A stretch of 64,000 nt of DNA, taken from the IMG/VR virus record IMGVR_UViG_3300046786_000304, positions 64,001 to 128,000 of that record, one strand, 5' to 3'. The first letter of the stretch is position 1; each line of letters starts with the position of its first letter. Under the pieces are notes generated by a model, which was not told where the DNA came from, searched no databases, and saw only the letters and a list, made by a program, of their open reading frames with translations. The translations under genes and the position numbers were made by a program. Positions 9,598 through 18,409 of this stretch are shown here, piece by piece. This DNA is from a virus (taxonomy: Duplodnaviria > Caudoviricetes).

Positions 9598-10256
9598 GGT
9601 ATTTGTATATTCTTAAGAAATGTTTTTACTTTCTTAGCCAAAGCAGAATGTGCTTTTTCATTGGGATGATACCCGTCACTACATTTCATTCCTTTGTTTA
9701 CACAATATACTTCATATACAGAAGTATTGTAGCCTAAGACAAATTTATTTGTTGGCAATAACTTAACCATGTTTTTATATTGCTCTTCGAATGGTTCTTT
9801 GTTTATTTCTTCTAAAAAAGAATTAATAAAAGCGTAGGGTATTTTCTTTGCTTCTAAAAAGGATGCTACGAATATTTGTTGTGTGTAATATTCCATCAAG
9901 CCTTCGTAGTCATTGTATACATGTTCGTACCAATGATCTTTCTTCTTTTTAAGATATGGATCTTCGGGCTCATAACCTAATAACACATTTTCCCATTTTT
10001 TAAATTCTGGGTGATATATTGCTGTACGGGAAAGTCCAGTCCAAGAAAACAGCACCAATACTTGTTCTGGATTTTCTATATCAGCAAAATCGTTGAGTAA
10101 ATTAATTATGCTGAGTTTGTTTGAGCCACCTGGAATACCTTTGTTAACAACTGGCAGTTTCATTGACTTGCCCAATTTAGCAGGCCACGCATCCTCAGAT
10201 GCTACACCGTCGCCAGATGTAAAGCTATCTCCGTATGCGTAAATCTTGTCAATCAT
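9594..10256 (-). CDS. SGNH/GDSL-hydrolase-like protein 3
   Basis: YAYGDSFT, NKGIPGGSN, DGYHPNEKAH. Confidence 0.7.
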   Translation of the reverse strand: MIDKIYAYGDSFTSGDGVASEDAWPAKLGKSMKLPVVNKGIPGGSNKLSIINLLNDFADIENPEQVLVLFSWTGLSRTAIYHPEFKKWENVLLGYEPEDPYLKKKKDHWYEHVYNDYEGLMEYYTQQIFVASFLEAKKIPYAFINSFLEEINKEPFEEQYKNMVKLLPTNKFVLGYNTSVYEVYCVNKGMKCSDGYHPNEKAHSALAKKVKTFLKNIQIP

Positions 10257-11694
10257 TTTCCTTATATACCCCGGTCTCAGCAAAAGTAATTCCAGACTGT
10301 TCTACTAACTTGACAACTTCATATTTTTTATTAAGTTCTATGCTTTCATACCAGTCGGCAATTTCTGGAAATGTATTAACTATGTTTTTGTTTCTTCTAG
10401 CATCATACTGTGAATAGAAACTTTTGAAGTCATGGAATAATGCTGTCTTATCATGTGTTGTAGATACGTGTCCAGTTTGTACAACTTCAAGATAATCAAT
10501 TAATCGTTTAATGCTGGCTTTTTCTCCAGCTTCTAAATACTGACTATGCTCGTGTTTGTTATACCAAGCAGATAGTTTTGCGTGTACTTCGTCTTTGAGA
10601 TCGTTGGGTAGCGTAACTGGACTCATGTATGCGGGCCAGCGTAGAATATTTAAATCCAAATAAGGTCTATTGTTGCCATATTTTTGTTTAAGTTCCAACA
10701 TATCGTCCATGAACTCTGTGATACTAAACAGGCACAGGTTAGATATAGTCATCATGATTGTGACATTTCTAAACTTAGCATTTTCGATAAAGTTAACTAG
10801 ATTACTGCGCCATACTTTATAGTCCATACCGTCACGTAAATACTCTGCGTGTAAGCCAAAGCTTTCGTTGCTAGTAAACAAATCAAACTCTTTAACTGGC
10901 AATGTCTTAGTTACTTCAATTAATCGTTCCAATGCTCGTGGACTTGAGCCTAGGTTACTGTTAACTGCAAAGCGCATATCCAAGTATTCATTCTTTTCTG
11001 TGATGATATCAATAAAGCGCCAAAAGTTTTGACTAACTGTACACTCACCGCCAGTGATGCGTAGTTCTTGCAAGCTCTTAGACAAGTCGGGCCACCATTC
11101 AAAGAAAGCCTCTACATAAGGATTGTCGTCTAAATGACGTCCATATGCTGTACTCCAAGCACCATCAGTTTGATATGCGCCACCTCCGCCGCCTTCGGCA
11201 ACAAAGTTTTGATAAGGACCATTCTTGGCAATATCATAACTCCATGTTGTACTGTAACCTGCGTTACAGTAACTACAAGCAAAGTTACATTGTCTATCAA
11301 AGCTAATTTCTAATGTTTTAAGATTAACATCATCAGCCCAGTTCATTGACTGAATCTTTTTAATATCTTCTGCGCTGTATATAATACTTTTATTAATGCG
11401 ATCGCTGATGTTGTTTCTACCAATGCCTTCTACTTTCCAGCAATAACCGCACTCTGCCGGCTTTTTACCTTCCAGCATCATTTTACGCATACGCTTTTTA
11501 TGATCAGTGTTATGCAAACCGCTGGGGTTGTAACTGATTTCACTAACGTCAATTGGATGAGGCAAAGGTAAGTGACAGCTACCGGTATAACCAGACCCTA
11601 AAAAGATACTGGCATTATACCACTTAGCCGCACAAAAGCTGGGACTAATTGAATTGAGATTTTCATCTCTCCATTTAATTAAGTCATCAGACAT
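10249..11694 (-). CDS. Radical SAM protein with N-terminal twitch-like Cys cluster
   Basis: CNFACSYC triad, RITGGEC, N-terminal FCAAKW..SCH..ECGYCW. Confidence 0.9.
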   Translation of the reverse strand: MSDDLIKWRDENLNSISPSFCAAKWYNASIFLGSGYTGSCHLPLPHPIDVSEISYNPSGLHNTDHKKRMRKMMLEGKKPAECGYCWKVEGIGRNNISDRINKSIIYSAEDIKKIQSMNWADDVNLKTLEISFDRQCNFACSYCNAGYSTTWSYDIAKNGPYQNFVAEGGGGGAYQTDGAWSTAYGRHLDDNPYVEAFFEWWPDLSKSLQELRITGGECTVSQNFWRFIDIITEKNEYLDMRFAVNSNLGSSPRALERLIEVTKTLPVKEFDLFTSNESFGLHAEYLRDGMDYKVWRSNLVNFIENAKFRNVTIMMTISNLCLFSITEFMDDMLELKQKYGNNRPYLDLNILRWPAYMSPVTLPNDLKDEVHAKLSAWYNKHEHSQYLEAGEKASIKRLIDYLEVVQTGHVSTTHDKTALFHDFKSFYSQYDARRNKNIVNTFPEIADWYESIELNKKYEVVKLVEQSGITFAETGVYKEND

Positions 11695-13264
11695 CTTTGT
11701 TAACTACCTTTTGTTTCATTGCTTTACAAATGTTATAAAATTCTGTGTACTCTGGATATACTTCTAAAAAGTTTGTACCATAGCGACGATCCAAGTCATT
11801 GACAAAGTCATAGAACTTAGCACGATTTAATGTAAAGTCTTTGTTACCTTCAAAATCATTCTTTGAGTTGTAAGCAATGTTCAAACATACACGTTTGAAT
11901 TTTTCAAGCTCAAACTCTTCAAACGCATGATGCATCTTCCAAGTCTTAGTCTGTGTTGTATGATCCGCCATATAGTTAATACTTGGCAACAAATACTCTT
12001 GGATAAGATCTTTACTGGCCCACTGTGCGTCCAAGAATGTTGGATTACGCAAGTAAGGCAAGTCAATGCCATTGATACTAGGATGACTTGTAGTCTTTTT
12101 ACTTCTATCTGTATATGACTCTCCGGGATAGGCAAAGTTAAAGCCTGTGTCCTTTTCCCACATGTCAGCAACAACTGGGTTAGGATTATATTTCTTTCTA
12201 AGTTCTAGTTGCCATTCAAACAATTTTTGTATACTGGAAATACTTAGAATGTTAAATGTAACCATCGTAGTAATTCTAATATTACCCATGGCCATAATCT
12301 GTTCGTAACGCTTACAGAACTTTTCAAAGTCCAAGCCTGGACGCAGATATTCGGCACGTTCGCCCCAACCATCTACACTGGTAAAGATAGTTAACTTCTT
12401 AATGTAATTGCCGCGGCTTAGGATCTCAGCACGTTCAATGAACTTGTCCCATAACTTGTCAGGTACACCCATGTTCGTATTGATACTAAGTTCAAGTTCA
12501 GGATTTGGATTTTCAATGAACCAATCCATACTTCTATAAGTTTCTTTACTAAGCAAAGGCTCGCCGCCTGTGATACGGAATACATGTAAGTGTTTGTAAG
12601 CTTCTGGCCACCACTTCCAAAATGCGTCAATGTAAGGATTGAATTCGTTGTTCTTATAACTTAGACTGTCTAAGTCCTTTTGCCAACCTTGTGCCCATAG
12701 AGTATGGTCTGTATTTTCTAATAGCTTAACAGGACCGTTTTGTTTTAGTTCCTCAACCCATTTACTGCTATACTCAGGACCGCAGTAAACGCATTTAAAG
12801 TTACATACGTTGCTAAAGTCTACTTCCAAATAACTTGGGTAAAAGTCTTGACTAGGATCACTGGCTTGAATCTCGTCATGCTTTTCCAATGCCCATGGCT
12901 CTAAACTCTTGTAAAATCTATCACTGGGACTTTTGTTATCTTCTACACGCCAGCAGTAGTCGCATTCTTTGGGACGCTGGCCCTCCATCATTTCTCTTCT
13001 TGCTTTTCTTAATATGCCGGTGTTAAACAATGCGCCAGGATTACGTTGAATTTCCTCTAATGGAATCTTATGTGGCACCGGGTGGTGACAACTGTGTGTC
13101 ATACCAGTACCCAAATGCATGGTAACTTGTGTAAATTTAGCAAGGCAAAATCCAGGACCTGTACTATCTAATAATTCTTTTGTTTTATCGATATTCGGTC
13201 CAGTACGGGCTACTTTTTTATCGTAGCCGATATCCCAGTTAATATCGCTGAGTTTCTTTTTCAT
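11687..13264 (-). CDS. Radical SAM protein with N-terminal twitch-like Cys cluster (paralog)
   Basis: CNFKCVYC, RITGGEPLL, FCLAKF..SCHHP..ECDYCW. Confidence 0.9.
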   Translation of the reverse strand: MKKKLSDINWDIGYDKKVARTGPNIDKTKELLDSTGPGFCLAKFTQVTMHLGTGMTHSCHHPVPHKIPLEEIQRNPGALFNTGILRKARREMMEGQRPKECDYCWRVEDNKSPSDRFYKSLEPWALEKHDEIQASDPSQDFYPSYLEVDFSNVCNFKCVYCGPEYSSKWVEELKQNGPVKLLENTDHTLWAQGWQKDLDSLSYKNNEFNPYIDAFWKWWPEAYKHLHVFRITGGEPLLSKETYRSMDWFIENPNPELELSINTNMGVPDKLWDKFIERAEILSRGNYIKKLTIFTSVDGWGERAEYLRPGLDFEKFCKRYEQIMAMGNIRITTMVTFNILSISSIQKLFEWQLELRKKYNPNPVVADMWEKDTGFNFAYPGESYTDRSKKTTSHPSINGIDLPYLRNPTFLDAQWASKDLIQEYLLPSINYMADHTTQTKTWKMHHAFEEFELEKFKRVCLNIAYNSKNDFEGNKDFTLNRAKFYDFVNDLDRRYGTNFLEVYPEYTEFYNICKAMKQKVVNKDV

Positions 13265-13273
13265 TTTTTGCCT

Positions 13274-14245
13274 TTAATTTATGCTGTTATCTACTTGGCT
13301 CTCTTTAACTAGAGCGCCTAACCTGGGAGGGTTAATAAAACTTTCTTTAAACATGCGACTGCCATTAAAATCTAATTCTGCAATCTCTAAATTTAAATTT
13401 GTGCGTAGTTCTTGACCAAACTTGTAAATTTCTTTTTTCAATTTCTCTGGATCATAGTTCCATCCAGTGGCATTACATCTTCCGCCTTCTCCCTCGAACT
13501 GCGGTTTAACACTATTTTCCCAGAACTGATCATGCCAGTCAAAATCTCTACAAGCTGTAAAATCAAAACTATCTTTAGCCAAGTTAGTTAGATATGCGCC
13601 TAGTCTAGTTCCAAACATTGCCCAATGTCCGTTCTCTACATCAGCACCTACACTTGACCATACCAAGAAACGTTTATAGTTACGCTCATGAACTTGTTCT
13701 TTAAGACGACGCGGATCCACTGTTACACCGCCACTGAGTAACAGTTTAACGCCTTCGCGGAATCCAGCTCTGTATGCTTGGTAAGCACTGGCATTATTGT
13801 GTACATCACAGTAGATATTATTCATTTGGAAGTAATAGATATCCCAACAGAAATCAACTTTGGCTTTTGGATCATCTGCGTTTTCATGTGTACGCATTTG
13901 TTCGACTACATGCTTGGGCCACATCTTAATACCGCCATTGCCGTAGACTAATCCATTGATAACATTCTTGCCGGCCCAACTAACAATATCATGTTTGCCT
14001 ATCTTGCTCATGTCTAATTCTAAACTAAAGAATTCATCACGAACAATGTTGTCGGCATCGATGGTAATAAAGCGATCTGTTTCTGCTACTCTGGCTGCTT
14101 CTTTGTGTGCGTTATCGAAACCTTTAACGCCATGAACACGTTTAGCCCATGGTGCTTTTTCTAATAGGTTTGCATAATTCTTATCTGCGTTTGGTTCGTC
14201 GTAGCTTAAAAATACGATATCAAAACTTGTAATAGGTACTGACAT
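13274..14245 (-). CDS. Putative GT-A fold glycosyltransferase
   Basis: DIVFLSYDE N-terminus, RVHGVKG..AHKEAA, FITIDADN (DxD). Confidence 0.6.
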   Translation of the reverse strand: MSVPITSFDIVFLSYDEPNADKNYANLLEKAPWAKRVHGVKGFDNAHKEAARVAETDRFITIDADNIVRDEFFSLELDMSKIGKHDIVSWAGKNVINGLVYGNGGIKMWPKHVVEQMRTHENADDPKAKVDFCWDIYYFQMNNIYCDVHNNASAYQAYRAGFREGVKLLLSGGVTVDPRRLKEQVHERNYKRFLVWSSVGADVENGHWAMFGTRLGAYLTNLAKDSFDFTACRDFDWHDQFWENSVKPQFEGEGGRCNATGWNYDPEKLKKEIYKFGQELRTNLNLEIAELDFNGSRMFKESFINPPRLGALVKESQVDNSIN

Positions 14246-15185
14246 TTGCGTCCTCAATATGTAAATGGTGATAATTCGAAATTATCTTAACTGGTGTAGC
14301 GGCTTTTAATTTTAACTCTACTAAATTAAAATTATCTAATTCATTGGTATTTAAAGTGACTGTGTCTAAAATCTGGCTAGGATCGTTGCTGTTATACATA
14401 TAAAAGGTTATCTTGTTGTCCAGATTAAAATTTTTAGTTTCAGACATTACGCTTTGAATTTGTAGTTTACTTCCAATTTGTTTATATACCAACGTTGGTT
14501 TAAATTTTGTAGATGCCACTGGAATAAAATACGGATCTTTATCCACACTGATTTTAAAATTATGATTATAGTGTAAAAAACGTAAGTTGTCAAATGAATT
14601 TGGATCATTGGGCAACCATTTACAAGAAAAAACTTGGTCCTGGTTGTAAAATAAATCTTTGACGTTTAACCTTAGTGTATCGTAAAGTCTGCTTGGTTCT
14701 TGTTTATCTATACAATAAATTTCCATGCTTTCAGGCATCATTGATAAATGATACTCAGTGGTCTTTTCTTTAGTGTATTCTTGTTTGAAATTTTCATATA
14801 TGAAATTGGCATTGATTTTCTTTGTTACAAAATCGCAATGTAAATGAATAAAATTCTTGTCATCGCTTTCGCCGTAGACATAATCAAATTCCCATCGTTT
14901 ATGATCTCTATGCTTGTACAGAACTCTAGTGTCTGTATCAGCATCGTATCTTATTTTTAACTTATGTAATGGAAGTTTATTATAAAAGATTTCACGAAGT
15001 AAATCATTTTCATCTAATTCTAAATTTGCCCGACGAGGGTTTGTTAGTTCGACTTCGTAGGGTGCAATGCCTAATACTTGATAAGTTAATTTGTCATACT
15101 CAACATAAAATTTTCTATTCTTACTTTCTTTCTTTTTAAGAATAGTTTTTTGTATGTCAAATTCGCTATCATCGATGTTAAGCAT
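14220..15185 (-). CDS. Hypothetical protein in glycan operon
   Basis: 321-aa ORF coupled to neighbours; no motif recognised. Confidence 0.6.
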   Translation of the reverse strand: MLNIDDSEFDIQKTILKKKESKNRKFYVEYDKLTYQVLGIAPYEVELTNPRRANLELDENDLLREIFYNKLPLHKLKIRYDADTDTRVLYKHRDHKRWEFDYVYGESDDKNFIHLHCDFVTKKINANFIYENFKQEYTKEKTTEYHLSMMPESMEIYCIDKQEPSRLYDTLRLNVKDLFYNQDQVFSCKWLPNDPNSFDNLRFLHYNHNFKISVDKDPYFIPVASTKFKPTLVYKQIGSKLQIQSVMSETKNFNLDNKITFYMYNSNDPSQILDTVTLNTNELDNFNLVELKLKAATPVKIISNYHHLHIEDANVSTYYKF

Positions 15186-16025
15186 TTAAATGAATTTTTT
15201 TCTTAGATTAGTTAAAGTGTCGTCAGTTAACCAAGCACTTGTGTTATATTTAACTAAGCCTAATTGAATATAATTTTCAATTTTTATATCGCCTTGGTCG
15301 TTTACCCAATAAGATAAAAACTCAGTCCATGGTTTTTTTGACCATTGATCATTAACAAAGCTATTTTCTCTAATACTTAAATCAATTAAATTTACAAAGT
15401 CAAATTTAGTTATTTTAAGTCCTAATATTTTGTACATCAATGACATTAACCACTGTGGCCATAGGTATTTAGGAAATGGCGGCATTGAATTGTTTTCTTT
15501 ATCAGCAAAGAAATCAATAATTTGATTTTGATTGTATGTAGAAGCAATCAGTACTGCCATGCCGAATACATAATCACAGCCCTTGTCTTTGTTGAAATAT
15601 ATTGCGTCTAATATAGATCCTTCGCCAAAACTTTTTTGCTCAACTGAACCTTCAGTGTATAAAGAATAATCTAGCAATTCTCCATTGAAACTGGATCTAG
15701 TTTTGGGTATAACTATACTATTCATACCTCTAAGATTTTCCCAAACATCAACGTTAAAATTAGTTAAAATTTGATCAGGATTAAATGCAATAGTTTTTGT
15801 ATAAGGGCTGGCCAATAAAGAATGGAAATATCTTGCTGATAAAATCTCATCGGGTTCCATATAAATTTCTTGATCAATATACAGCAAATATTTTTTTAAG
15901 TTTTTTTCATGGGCAATAATACTGATTGGTCTTTCCTTGTCAAACAGTCGTATACTCTTAACCAGAAGTTCAACTCTGGTTAAGTTTTTCATATTACAAT
16001 TAACTATTAAGTAACCTTCAGTCAT
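15186..16025 (-). CDS. Putative degenerate GT-A (GT8-like) protein
   Basis: TEGYLIV..LVKSIRL..PISII, SPYTKTIAFNPD. Paralogous in layout to the 16018-16914 product; DxD replaced by NPD. Confidence 0.4.
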   Translation of the reverse strand: MTEGYLIVNCNMKNLTRVELLVKSIRLFDKERPISIIAHEKNLKKYLLYIDQEIYMEPDEILSARYFHSLLASPYTKTIAFNPDQILTNFNVDVWENLRGMNSIVIPKTRSSFNGELLDYSLYTEGSVEQKSFGEGSILDAIYFNKDKGCDYVFGMAVLIASTYNQNQIIDFFADKENNSMPPFPKYLWPQWLMSLMYKILGLKITKFDFVNLIDLSIRENSFVNDQWSKKPWTEFLSYWVNDQGDIKIENYIQLGLVKYNTSAWLTDDTLTNLRKKFI

Positions 16026-16914
16026 ATATCATTGTTTTAATTTTATCATAATGTCTCAGAATGGCCATTTTATTCATGACGTGGACATTTTCATTTTTAA
16101 CTCTACTAGCAATACTTTTCCACAATTCTTTTGGATCAGGACAAACTAAGACCATGTCATTGATTTCTTTGAACTCAGCAATGTCGTCGATTTGTTCGCT
16201 GAATCGCATAACTTTACCAGGTAGTTCATGTATTAAATTTCCCTGTCTATGACCATTTAAAATGTGTACAGCTATACTTACAGCATAGTCCGTTCTAAAC
16301 AATACTCCAGGAAACTTATACAACCATTTATAGTAGTTATAGTTTTCCTTGACATGTTCCCATACTCCAAAGAATAACTTAGCAAGTTCGCTGTCGCTTC
16401 TCCAGTATACAGCAGTCGACCACCACATGTCAATACCATCTGGATGAAGTTTTTGTTCCCATATACGTGGTTTATAATTTCGAACACTTAATGCCTGTTT
16501 GTACATAGCAACTTCACTGTCTGTATCAAAAATAGCATCTAATGTATCATTGCCAATCAAATAGTCAACGTCGATCATCAATGTTTTGTTGTAAGGGCTT
16601 TTGTTGAAAATACTGTGCTTGTTTTTATTATTAAATTGCGTAGTAAATTCATTCCATGGACTATCTCGATGTGTTCGAGTATTTCGTTCGTGTGTCACAT
16701 TATCAATGATAATATGATCAAAAGTTTCTGCTGCCAGTGCAGGAGTTAGTTCTGCTGTTAACGCATCGAACGTTGGCTGATCTGTTAATAACGTTACATG
16801 ATTGTTAGTCATGTGTAACTTAACACATCTGGCCGCTACCAATGCTAATTTTTCGTAATCGATTTTGCCATTGTTATAAGCAATCAGCAATATACCAGAA
16901 TCAAACTTACTCAT
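16018..16914 (-). CDS. Putative GT-A (GT8-like) nucleotide-diphospho-sugar transferase
   Basis: GILLIAYNN..YEKLAL, SPYNKTLMIDVDY (DxD), RTDYAVSIA, VHVMNK. Confidence 0.55.
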   Translation of the reverse strand: MSKFDSGILLIAYNNGKIDYEKLALVAARCVKLHMTNNHVTLLTDQPTFDALTAELTPALAAETFDHIIIDNVTHERNTRTHRDSPWNEFTTQFNNKNKHSIFNKSPYNKTLMIDVDYLIGNDTLDAIFDTDSEVAMYKQALSVRNYKPRIWEQKLHPDGIDMWWSTAVYWRSDSELAKLFFGVWEHVKENYNYYKWLYKFPGVLFRTDYAVSIAVHILNGHRQGNLIHELPGKVMRFSEQIDDIAEFKEINDMVLVCPDPKELWKSIASRVKNENVHVMNKMAILRHYDKIKTMIYD

Positions 16915-17260
16915 TTAGACCAACCAACCCTTTAGTGTCACGTTGTTTTTTGAGTTTTTCGTTTTCCACATAATATTCATTTAATGCTTCTGTATAAGCA
17001 CTGAAAAGCTTTTCGTGGAATTCTTTAATGTTAGTAACTAGTACCGGGTTTTCGTTGTCGTCTAAAAATATATAACGTTCAACATTCATGTCTATTAATT
17101 GTTTAACAAAATTAATTAATTCTAAGTTTGTTGTAAAAAGAGAACTCATGTAACCAATAGTTAACATGGTATTCATGCGTTGTTTGAGATTTAGCTTTTG
17201 GTTGTTCAGCGTTAACCGATAGTTACTGAACTCCAAAGCAGCCTTGAGTTTATCGTCCAT
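16907..17260 (-). CDS. Hypothetical protein, possible tail fibre assembly factor
   Basis: Conserved-looking small ORF (LDDNENPVL..EF). The ATG at 17260 has a GGAG upstream. Confidence 0.45.
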   Translation of the reverse strand: MDDKLKAALEFSNYRLTLNNQKLNLKQRMNTMLTIGYMSSLFTTNLELINFVKQLIDMNVERYIFLDDNENPVLVTNIKEFHEKLFSAYTEALNEYYVENEKLKKQRDTKGLVGLNE

Positions 17261-17289
17261 CCAGAGCTCCATTATGTGCTATTTTAATT

Positions 17290-17297
17290 TATTTATA
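17290..17297 (-). promoter_or_regulatory. T4-type late promoter TATAAATA heading the glycan operon
   Basis: Exact TATAAATA in the intergenic gap, and a gp55-like sigma factor is encoded in this window. Confidence 0.75.
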
Positions 17298-17311
17298 TCA
17301 CAAAACAGCAA

Positions 17312-18409
17312 TTATGAAGCAGTAGAGTTACTTGAATTTATATATGATGGACCTGTAATGTCGAAAGAAGCATTGCCTATAGTTTTTGGTGTTGCTTTAT
17401 TGCTTTCTACATACAATGTATGTGTACCAGTTACTTGAGAAGTATTACCGCAACTCAAACGAACTGTTAATACTAATTGTACCGGACCGCTTACATAATC
17501 GGCTCCTGTGGATACAATTCTGCCGTAGATTCGAATTTTTTGGCTGCCGCTTCCGCCATTGCCATAACCATATGATCCATAACCATATCCATACGATCCT
17601 GCACCATATCCATAGCCATAACCATAACCATAACCATCATAGCAATTACCATAACCATAACCGTACCCATAGCCATAACCATAACCGTACCCATAACCGT
17701 ATCCATAGCCGCCGCCACTGCCGCTTCGGCAATTAACAGTTAACAATAATTGATCAACTTCGTTTAAATCTTCAAAGCCTTTGCCTTCGCTGATAATGTT
17801 AGCAGTAGTAGACAATGTATTATCTAAACTAAGGCTAACTGTACCTAATCTATTATAAACATGTGCCCAACTAGCCGCTAAATTATTTCCGCCCAATGAG
17901 GACAAATTTAATCTAATAGAACTTCCACTATTGAAGTAGTAACGTGCTTTTTCGTAATTAGTAAAGCTCAATCTAACTGTATAAGTTAATGCACCACCAA
18001 AACCAGTTGTGTGTGCAATATTTCCCAAACTACTAATAGCTGTTTGCCCCATGGCCGCTATATTTTTCTTAGGGTCAATATCGTCTAATACAGTTTGCAA
18101 ATCATGCCAAATGCTGGCTGTAATTTTCTGGCCAGAAATAACTCTATCTAATTCATATTGTCCACCTACATGCTCTGAACCAATGTTAAGTCTATCAACA
18201 ACTTGATTTACTAGCGCGGCGGAAATTTTAGTTCCTACGTTTACACTAGATGCTTCTGCGTTTCCCCAGCCATATGCCTGCAATGCTCTTCTAACTAAGT
18301 TTGCAGTCGGCGAGCTTGTTGGATAATTATCGGCAAATATTTTGTTGGTATGCGAAACCAACACGTTGTAATCATTTGCCGTGATTTTTTTACCGACTGC
18401 TACTGTCAT
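17312..18409 (-). CDS. Virion structural/tail protein with poly-(Gly-Tyr) tract
   Basis: N-terminal VGKKITANDYN and VGTKISAA repeats typical of phage structural proteins; internal GYGYGY tract. Confidence 0.6.
   Translation of the reverse strand: MTVAVGKKITANDYNVLVSHTNKIFADNYPTSSPTANLVRRALQAYGWGNAEASSVNVGTKISAALVNQVVDRLNIGSEHVGGQYELDRVISGQKITASIWHDLQTVLDDIDPKKNIAAMGQTAISSLGNIAHTTGFGGALTYTVRLSFTNYEKARYYFNSGSSIRLNLSSLGGNNLAASWAHVYNRLGTVSLSLDNTLSTTANIISEGKGFEDLNEVDQLLLTVNCRSGSGGGYGYGYGYGYGYGYGYGYGYGNCYDGYGYGYGYGYGAGSYGYGYGSYGYGNGGSGSQKIRIYGRIVSTGADYVSGPVQLVLTVRLSCGNTSQVTGTHTLYVESNKATPKTIGNASFDITGPSYINSSNSTAS
17545..17725 (-). repeat. (Gly-Tyr)n coding repeat
   Basis: GGY-TAY hexamer repeats using all four Gly codons and both Tyr codons. 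Confidence 0.95.

Noticed and set aside
17386-17736. His/Asn-rich (+) and Met/Val-rich (-) ORFs over the GY tract
   Set aside because: Alternative-frame readings of the same hexamer repeat; the GY frame is continuous with a structural gene
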